Assembly (NCBI GenBank): GCA_004431415.1
Contig: QPMI01000005.1
Span: forward strand, 1,240,001-1,304,000
DNA: 64,000 nt
Direction of reading: 5' to 3'
Origin: Cyanophora paradoxa CCMP329
Lineage: Eukaryota; Plantae; Glaucophyta
The first letter of the stretch is position 1. Each line of letters starts with the position of its first letter. Positions 55,851 to 64,000 of the stretch are shown here, in pieces. The notes beneath the pieces are model-generated. The model searched no databases. It saw only the letters and a program-made list of their open reading frames with translations, and was not told the origin of the DNA. Made by a program: the position numbers and the translations under genes.

Positions 55851-57771
55851 CCCAGCCCTTGAGGTACGAGGTGATCGTAGCCGGCGGCGATGAAAGACTC
55901 GTGCACCAGGGCCCTGCGAGGGCCCGGGCGCGGGCTGGGGGCCCCGGATCCGCGGGACCGCCCGGCGGCGCGAGGCAGGAGGCGCACCTGTACGCGAGAC
56001 GGGCCCCGCGGGTGCCGGGCGTCCCTCTAGCGGCCCGCGGGAGCGCTGCGCGCGGGGCACTCGTTAGCTCGGGCGGATTCCGGGAGGGCGGGCGGGCCCG
56101 CCGTCGGCCGACGGTACAGCTTTGCACCTGGGGTCGGCACGTCGCACTCTTGCGCAGCGCTGCTCGTCGGCGGCGACATCCTGCAGCCGGGCGCGGCGCG
56201 GGCCGGGGATGCCGCGCGCGCGAGGCGGACTAGGCGCCGCGGACGACGGCGATGGCCAGCGATCCCTCCGTGCAATCTCTGCCCCAAGAGAGCATAGCTA
56301 AGCATCTACGGGGCGCGCGGCGGGGCGGGGGCGGGAGCGCACCACTTGCGCGGGGCCGGGTCTCGGCCTAGGCCCGCCGGACCGCGACCACGGGCGTGAA
56401 AGAGGTTCCCGGGCCCCACCACGACCCGCGGGAGGCCTCCTTGCACGCCGCCGGGCCGGCCACGCCGCTCGATCGATCCGAGCAGAGACGGGCGGCCCAC
56501 CGGCACCGCCCCCGACTCGGGAGGGAGCTAAAGAGCGCGGAGCCGCACGGGCGGCGCGGCAGACGGCGCGCGCGGGTCGCGAGGTCCTGGGGCGCCCTGC
56601 GGACGGGTGAGCGACGGCAGACGCTTAGAACCGATTGCCGTACGAACCCCGGTTGCATTGGGCGCAAACTTAACGAGAATTTACGCGGCGCCGCTCGCCC
56701 CGCAGAGTTTAGTATGTACCCCCTCGACGGAGGCTGCCGCGGAGCGAGGCGAGCGGCGCTCGGATGCGGCCCCCGCGCGGCGTCGAGGGACTAGAAATCG
56801 TGCGCTACGCCGTACTTGCGAGCGCTGGAGCGCTCCGCGCGCGCGTTTCGGTGCGCGAGGGGCGCGGATCAAATTGCTCTCTTCCGCGGACGGCGCGACG
56901 TAGCGCGAGCCCGTGCAGCCGGAGAGGTCCAAAACCGGGATCCATACCGTGGGATCACTAGCAGCTCGTCGCCCACGCGCGCGCGGGCCGCGCCGGGCGA
57001 CCAGGCGCACTCCACCACGGGACCCTCTGAGAGGCCGAGACGCCCGATCGCGGGCCGACGAGCGGCTCCATAAGGTGGGGCGTGCACTACGATACCGCAC
57101 GCCGCCGCGCCGGGCCGGACGGCGCCGGGTCGGTCCGCACTAGGTCCCGGGCCCCGGGTTCGGGGCATCGGCCTGACGGTGCCGCGCGGTACCGGCCCAC
57201 GAATACGATAGCGTGCACTCTACACGAGAGATTCCGGGAGCGGGTACCGAGCCGAGCGCGTTTTCCTTCTAGCCAGGAGTCATTTTACCAGACGCCATAC
57301 TGGGCGCCGGACGCAATCTAAACGATATACGGCCCGCCTTCGCCCGGTACCAGGCGACGTATCCGCATCTGCCGGACCAAAAGTACTAGATTAAATTGCT
57401 AGTACCGAGCCAAGACCCCTCTCCGAGGTCCCGGTCCGGCGCCGCCCGGCGGCCCCCGAACCCTAGGCCCCCTCACGGCGGCGCTCTCCCGGCCCGCCGC
57501 CCCCGCCGCCCGCAATGCATGCGCAGCCCCGTCGTACTTTTGAGGCCTCCCGCCCCCCGCCGCGCTCTCCTGCGAGGCCGGGCCGGCCGGTCCCCCCCGC
57601 ACGCCCGCCCTTCCCGACGGCCGCCCGACGCCGCCCGCTGTCCCGCCCCCGCGCCCCGCGCGCCTCGCCGTCCCTTGTTACGCATAAAGAAGAGCGCGTG
57701 CACGGGCGGGGACCAAAAGGTGAAGGGCCCGGCAGAGGGGGGAGGGAGGGCCGCGCGGCCCGGCCCGGCCC

Positions 57772-60700
57772 ATGTCGGTCCGCACCGTCCGCGACGGCTG
57801 GGAGCGGATCGAGTTCCGCGGGCCGTTCGGCGATGATGTGCTCCACGTCTTCAAGTCGCCCGACGGCGGGCCCGTCGTGGCGTCTGCCGAGTTCATGAGG
57901 GTGATGAGGAACGCGCCGGGCGAGGCGGCGGAGGAGGCGGAGCGGGTCCTAGCGTCCCGCTACGGCGCGGCGGCGCGGCCGCTCACCGGCTCCGAGGTCG
58001 AGGCGACGATCTTGTGCTGGGAGATGCTCGGCATCGCCCGCCGCGGCGACCTGCACCCCGTGCACAACCCGCCGCGCGTCCTGAACCTACGCGTGTGCGA
58101 GGAGGTGGCCTCGGACGCGTGGGAGGCGAGCGAGAGCCCGCGCCTGCAGGCGGCGTTTGCGCGGTTCGCGGCGGCGATCGAGAGGCGGCGGGCGGAGACC
58201 TTTGAGAGGGTCGAGGTCGCCGTGCTCCGCGCCGAGGGCCTGCGATTCCACGCCTTTCGGGTGCGCCGCATCGAGCACCCGGAGACGACGTGGTACGTCC
58301 CGCTGGCGAGCGTCTCGGCCGCCGTCTACGGCGACGCGCGGGACACCCAGTCGGTCCGCCGCGAGCTCGGGCGGCGGCACCCCGAGGTCGGCGAGGGCTC
58401 GCCGTTCCTCTGGCGCGCCTCGTCCAAGGCCCTCGGAAAGGAGCGCTTCCGCCTCATCTGCCGCACGATCGCTCGCTTCTGCGGCCTGGGGAACGAGGCG
58501 GGCGAGGCGCACCGGACGGCGGCGCGCCAGTGGCTCTTCCTCTCGATCGAGGCGACCGAGCGGCTGCTCTTCAAGCTCCCGGGCCGCGAGCCGGCGCTGG
58601 CCGTCGCCTTTCGCCGCGCGCGGCTCGCGCTGATGGGGGCCGATCCCGCCGAGATCGACCTCGCCGCCCCGATGCCGCCGCCGGTCCGGCGGCTCGCGCT
58701 GTTCGGCCGCAAGGACTGGCTCCAGGACGCCCAGATCGCGAACATCGTGTGCGCCCGCCGCCCGCCGCCCCGGCCCGTCCCGCCACGGCGCGCGCCGACG
58801 CCCGCGCCCGCCCGCCCGCAGCACGCTCCTGCTCGTCCGCGCCGGCCCCCAGATCCGCGTCCGCAGCCTGTACCCGGCCTCGTCCGACATCGTCGCCTCG
58901 AACCTGCGGCGGTACGCGAGGTTGGAACCGGAACGGAGGAAGAGGAAGAGCCTGGGCTACGCCTCGGAGGGTGGAATCGTTCTATGCCCCGTCAGCATCG
59001 GGTACGGGCGACGGACGTCGGCGCGGAGCTGGAGCACCGGCGGGCACTGGTAAAATTGCGCGTACCCCTCCGATTGTACCCCTAACCCCCACCCCTCCCC
59101 TCCCCTCGCAGGATCCTACTCGCCGTCGACGGCGCGACGAGGTCCGCCGGGACCCCCCGTACCCCCCTCCCCTCGTCCGACCCGAAGGAAACTGCGTACC
59201 CCTCGTGCGCAGGCGCCTGCGTTGGTTCGACTCGCTCGGGCTCGCCCCGGACCGCGCCGTCGAGAGGGCCGCCAAAAAGGCCTTTCCGGCGTTCTCCTGG
59301 GGCGTCGACACCGTCGGACGCCTGCAGACGGACTCGTTTCAGTGCGGGATCTGGTGCGGGAGGGGGTGGACTCCCCCTCGCGCCGCGCGGCGCCCGCTCA
59401 CCGGGCCGGGGATGGGGACCGCAGGGTGTGCTTCTTCGCCGAGTCGATCATCAACGAGGCGGCGACGCAGTTTGGATGGGAGGAGCACCTCACGGGAGCC
59501 CGCGCCCTCGGGTTCCTGCGCGAGGGCGGTCAGGATCGGGACGAGTTCGCCGCCCGCAACGGCCGCTTCATCGCGAACCGGCGCGAGGCGTTCCGGAACC
59601 TCTTGGAGTCGGCCCTCGTCGACCGCAGCGCGACGCGGCTCTTTGAGGAAGAGGACGAGGACGTGGACGGGGAGGGCATCGTTTTACCCGCCTCGGCGGG
59701 GCGGGCCGAGGCCGCCGCGATCCCCTCGTCCTCTTCCTCGTCGTCCTCCGCGTCGGACGAGGCCGAGGGCGAGGGCGGAGGGGAGGAAGAGGCGGAGGCG
59801 GAGGGCGAGGGCGAGGGCGGGGCCGCCGACGGGGGCGGCGAGGGCCCGTCCGCCGGGCCCGTCGACCGCGGCCAGTTTACGCTCGCCGCGTCGTCCATGG
59901 GCGCCACGCTGCGGGCGCAGTTGGCCGCGTTCAAAACGTGGCGAACGGCCGTCCTCGAACCTTCGCGGCGCGGGGCGCGCGTGGAAAAGGACTCGACTCT
60001 CTCGAACGACCTGTGCAACTTTCAGCGGCTGCTCGGCTACGTCAACACGCGCGAGACGATCGACGGCGAGCTCACCCTGGACTCGGTCCTCGGGCGCATC
60101 GATGCGGCCGAGATCGTGATGCGCTTCCTTCGGTACCTCAAGGACGAGCGCGGGGCGGCGCCCCTCACGCAGGTCAACTACCTCTCCTCCATCCTCTCGG
60201 TCGCCGGGTTCCTCCACACCCGCTCCGGCGCGCCGCCGGGCAGCGAGTCGGACCTGCAGCGCGCGCTCAGGAACCTCAAGGTGCAGACGTGCGCGCCGGC
60301 GGCGGCGGGGGGACTCACCGAATCGCGTCGCAGGGCCAGCTGCAGACCGAGGCCCGGTCGGCGCGCAAGTGGGCCGCGCGGCAGGTGTGGATCGAGTACG
60401 AAGAGGTTCTGGAGGGTCGAATCAAGGCCTACGAGGCGTTTCGGGCCGAGGAGGGCGAGCGGGCGCGGGCCAAGCACCTCCGGGACGCGCTCGCCCTCGG
60501 GATGCTCTCGCTGTGCCCCGCGCGCGTCGCCGTGGTGAGGAAGCTCCGGATCGGCGACACGCTCACGCGCGAGGGCGGCCGGTGGTGCCTCTCGCTGCTG
60601 CGGATGCGGGATGAGCCCGGGGACGGCGAGGACGAGGGGCGGCTGGCGCACAAGACGGCCAAGATCCACGGCGCCATGCGAGCGACGCGTCCCCGCCCGC

Positions 60701-62261
60701 CCGCCCGCCGCCGGTCCCAAGCTGACGCCCCGTCCCTCGCGCAGCGTCGTCCCGATCGCCGAGCCGCTCCAGGAGCTCTTTACCCAGTACACGGAAGAGC
60801 ACCGGGCCGCCCTCCTCGCCGACGGCGCCCGGGGCTCGGACCCGGGCTTTATCTTCTGCAAGTACGACGGCGGGCCGATGAGCGTCACGGGATTTACCGC
60901 GTACTTTAAAAAGGTGAGCGTACCTCGGTCCCCCCCGTCGGCGCGCCCCGACGACGACGACGCCCGCCGCCGCCAGGCGACGCTCCGCTGGACGAAGAAG
61001 GAGATCCCGCCGCGCCTCCTGCGCAGCGTCGTGAGCACGTGGGTGCGGGACAAGAGCGCCGAGGGGGCCATCACCGCCGACGTCGCCGACGGGATCATCC
61101 GCGGCACCGCCAAGCTGCTGGCCCATACGCCGCGCGTCGCGACGCTCCACTACGACGTGCACGCCAAGCAGCGCGAGGCGGCGACGGCGGCGGCCTGGTT
61201 CGAGCACGCCGCGCTCGAGTACGAGGCCCGCCGCGCCGAGCGGGACCGCCCGGCGACGCCGCCGGCGCTCGAGGGGCCGCCGGCGCCCAAGGGACCGTCG
61301 CCGCGGAAGCAGAAGAAGGCGGCGGCGAGGGCGCCGCCGGAGCGCGCGAGCGCGATGGCGGTCGAGGAGCTGCCGCCGGCGCCGCCGCTCCCGTCGCCCG
61401 ACTCGCCGCTGCCGGGCGGGCGGGCCGCCGCCGTCGGCGCCGCCGTCCCGAGCACCGCCGCCAAGGGGGCCAAGGGACGGGACGACGGCGGGAGCGAGGA
61501 AGAGGACGGGGGGAGCTCGGAGGAGGAGGACGAGGAGGACGAGGAGGATCCCGGCGACCGCGTGCGCCGCCCTCCTCTTCCCCCCACAGGATCCCGCCCG
61601 CCGCGCCGCCGCCGCCCCCCGACGCCCCCCGCAGATGGAGCGCGAGCTCGCCGAGGCCGAGAACCGCTGGTGCGCGGCGTGCAGGACGATCTTCGGCACC
61701 CGAAAGGGCCTGGCGCGGCACCGCGGTCACTGCAAGGGCGCGGGGACCCCGGACGGCAAGATCGTACCGTCCGGGGTGCCCGTCGCCGTGCCCGCCGAGA
61801 TGCCGCCGCCGCCGCCGGTCGCGTGGCACCTGCGCTGGATCAGCCCGGCGCCCCTCCGGCCGCGCGGCGTGTACGCGGCGCTCGCCTCGCGCGGCGGGGA
61901 CCCGCTCCCCACGATCCTGGTGGCGCGCGCGCTCCTCCCCGCCGTGCCGCTCCCGTCGGGCCAGTACGAGAGCCGCCTGACGCTCCTGCGGCACTACGGC
62001 TCGCTCTACGTCGCCGTGACCGAGGGGAGCGCGGCGGACTACACGTACCCGTCGGGCCTCGTCGAGGTGGAGTACCGCGGGAGCAACGGCGCCATCGACC
62101 TGGTGACGCGCTCCAGCGAGATCGCCCAGCGCCTCGGCCTGGGGCCCGCCGCGGCGCCCTCGCCGCCCCCGGCGGCCGAGCAGGACGGCGGCGGCGCCGT
62201 CGTGCGCAGGACGGGGCGGCGGCGCGGTCGGCCCCCCAAGTCGCTGCGGCGCGGCCCGTGA
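57772..62261 (+). CDS. Multi-exon fusion protein: BRO-N-like + Ulp1/SENP (C48) cysteine protease + acidic linker + tyrosine recombinase + Pro-rich + C2H2 zinc finger + AT-hook
   Basis: Ulp1 motifs DWLQDAQI, HW-ILLAVD (His ~59045), WFDSLG and LQTDSFQCGIW. Recombinase motifs LSLCPARVAVVRKL (Arg I), HKTAK (Lys), PPRLLRS (Arg II) and AKLLAHTPRVATLHYD (His, Tyr). CAACRTIFGTRKGLARHRGHC zinc finger; RRRGRPPK AT-hook. Introns at 60281-60333 (GT-AG), 60678-60744 (GC-AG) and 60914-60976, plus several at 58.7-59.4 kb. Residual indels remain near 61.6 kb. Confidence 0.8.
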
Positions 62262-64000
62262 GGGGGGGACGGGCGGGTGAAACGCAGAAAGAGGGGGTCC
62301 CCGCGCGGCGCACGGCGGGACGGCGCGATGGAGGTGGATCCGACGGCCCGGCCGCCGACGCCGCGCCCTCCCATCGGCCTCCCGCTCGCCCCGCCGGCCC
62401 TCGGAGACGTCCCGCCCCAGGGAACCGTGCTGCGCCCGATCGCGAGGATCCTGCCGCCCGTCGGGCCGTCGGCGAAGCGGGAGCGGCGCGAGCGGGGAGG
62501 CTGGGCGGGCGGGACGGCGCACCCCGCACTCTATGGCTTTGCCGCGCCGGCGCCGCCGCGCCAGTAGGATCCCGTCCCCCGCCTTTGCGCACCTGCTGTC
62601 GAGCGTGAGAAACGAGTAAATAGATGCGGGGCGGACGGGCACCCCGCCAGAACGACGCGCGTAGCCATGGTTGAGGGGGACGGCGGGGCGCAGCCTGCAG
62701 CGGCAGATCCGCCAATGGAGGAAAAGGAAGCGACGGCGGCGACGGGGACAGAGTCCGGCGGGAGCGCGCCCGACCGGGCCCCCGCCGCCGAGGGGAAGAA
62801 AGAGCCCGCCACGCCGCCGCCGTCGGATCGCGAGCCGACGCCGCCGCTCCGCACTCCCGGCAAGATCCTTCCGCTCCACCTAAGGTACAAGAAGCAGGTC
62901 GGCCGACGCGGCGCGCCCCGCTCCCGCCCCCGCCGCCCGCGCCCTCACCTCGTTGCCGCGCAGCTGGTGACCTACATCATCCGGAACGAGGCGGCGAGGC
63001 CCGTGGCGTACGTGGGCTCGACGAGCGACATGCAGCGCCGCCTGCGCGAGCACAACCACGGTCCGAGGCCGCGTGCGCCGCGCCGCGCCCTCCATCCGAA
63101 CCCGCTCGCTGCGCAGGGAGCAAGTTCAGCTACACCAAGGGCAAAGGTGCGCCGGCCCCGCCGGCCGGCCGGTCGCGCGCGCGCACGCGCACCGCATCCA
63201 CAACGCCTCGGGCAGGTCCGTGGAGCGTGGTGTGCATCGCGCACGGCTTCAAGAGCGTGGCGGTGTGCCGGGCGTTTGAGCGCTCGGTCAAGGACGGCGG
63301 CGGAGGGCTCGAGCGCAAAAAGGGCGTCATGAGGCGTCTCGCCGCCGAGTTTAGCTCGCCGGAGACGCCCATCGCGGTCGAGGAGCTGGCGGAGGAGGAC
63401 GCGGGGTCGAGCTCGCAGGGCTCGGGCGAGGGCGGGTAGCCGGCCGGCGGATCGCTGGATCCACGCGGGTACCTGCCGGGATGCGGGAGCGCGTGAGCCG
63501 GCGGCCGGGCGATGACCGGGAGCGGCGAGGCGGCGGGGCGCGGGGGGGGGCGCTCCCCGCGATATAGCTAGCGTTAGCTAAGGTGTGAACCTCTTTTAGA
63601 TGCGATTGCTACCGATTGAAAGGGGAACGGACGCACGGGCTCGCCGGCGATGCCGCGGGCCGCGGCGGATCGACGGGGGAGATGGAGCGAGGCGGCCAAG
63701 GGATGCGCGAGCGTACGGGCGCCGAAAGGGGGTGCACGGCGCAGCGCTGCCGCGGAGAGGGGCGCCGCATCCGTAGCACGCTGTACCCCCCTCGGGCTCG
63801 CCATCGAAATCGATCTCGGCGTGCGGCCCGCCGCGGGCGTTAAGTTTGTTGGATTCCGGATCTATGGCGCCTCCAACCTCGCATTCGTTTGCGTCTATCG
63901 CCCGGCGCCCCTTTGCGGCCGAGGGCGGCCTCGCCCCGTCGTGCCGCCCGGGTCCGGCGGCCGTGTGCGGGCGTCGGCGCGTGTGGATTCGCGGTCCTGC
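59454..64000. repeat. Direct repeat copy 2 (matches 1-4504)
   Basis: Same ORF set shifted by 59453 (150..1085 corresponds to the 3' part of 59222..60538; stop 3953 corresponds to 63439). Confidence 0.97.
62667..63439 (+). CDS. SLX1-like GIY-YIG endonuclease (duplicate copy)
   Basis: Same sequence as 3187-3953. Confidence 0.8.

Larger units (their letters stand above)
1..59453. mobile_element. One unit (~59.5 kb) of a putative circular or tandemly repeated eukaryotic mobile replicon (tyrosine recombinase + UL9-like helicase + primase, no recognisable capsid)
   Basis: The sequence restarts at 59454. Gene content is integrase, initiator helicase, primase, candidate origin and virus-like accessory genes, with no ordinary metabolic housekeeping genes recognised. 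Confidence 0.7.

Noticed and set aside
1-59453. Polinton, PLV, virophage or a bacterial prophage/ICE
   Set aside because: No recognisable protein-primed polymerase, capsid, packaging ATPase or conjugation genes. Introns, histone and TFIIB indicate a eukaryotic nuclear context. A highly divergent capsid cannot be excluded without structure searches.

Overview
GC-rich (about 70% by eye) eukaryotic DNA with short spliceosomal introns. Bases 1-4504 recur at 59454-64000, differing almost only by homopolymer indels. The window therefore most likely holds one complete ~59.5 kb unit, either a circular molecule assembled with overlapping ends or a head-to-tail tandem copy. The unit looks like a self-contained nuclear mobile replicon. 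Integration/excision: a large BRO-like/Ulp1-protease/tyrosine-recombinase/C2H2/AT-hook gene followed by an SLX1-like GIY-YIG nuclease. Replication: a UL9-like origin-binding SF2 helicase, a PrimPol-like protein with two AEP-like domains, and a 1.1 kb imperfect palindrome with iterated boxes around an AT-rich centre; the same box recurs upstream of the helicase gene. Chromatin and transcription: a histone H3 variant with CenH3-diagnostic changes and K9 replaced by H, a MORC-like GHKL ATPase, a SET protein and TFIIB. Ubiquitin system: three F-box genes, a SKP1-like fusion and a RING protein. Also present are a AAA ATPase and three tandem arrays (212-248 bp units) plus dispersed copies sharing a core motif. 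I could not recognise a capsid protein, packaging ATPase, DNA polymerase or reverse transcriptase. All domain calls come from manual motif recognition, not database searches. Many frameshifts in the first ~14 kb are probably consensus errors.
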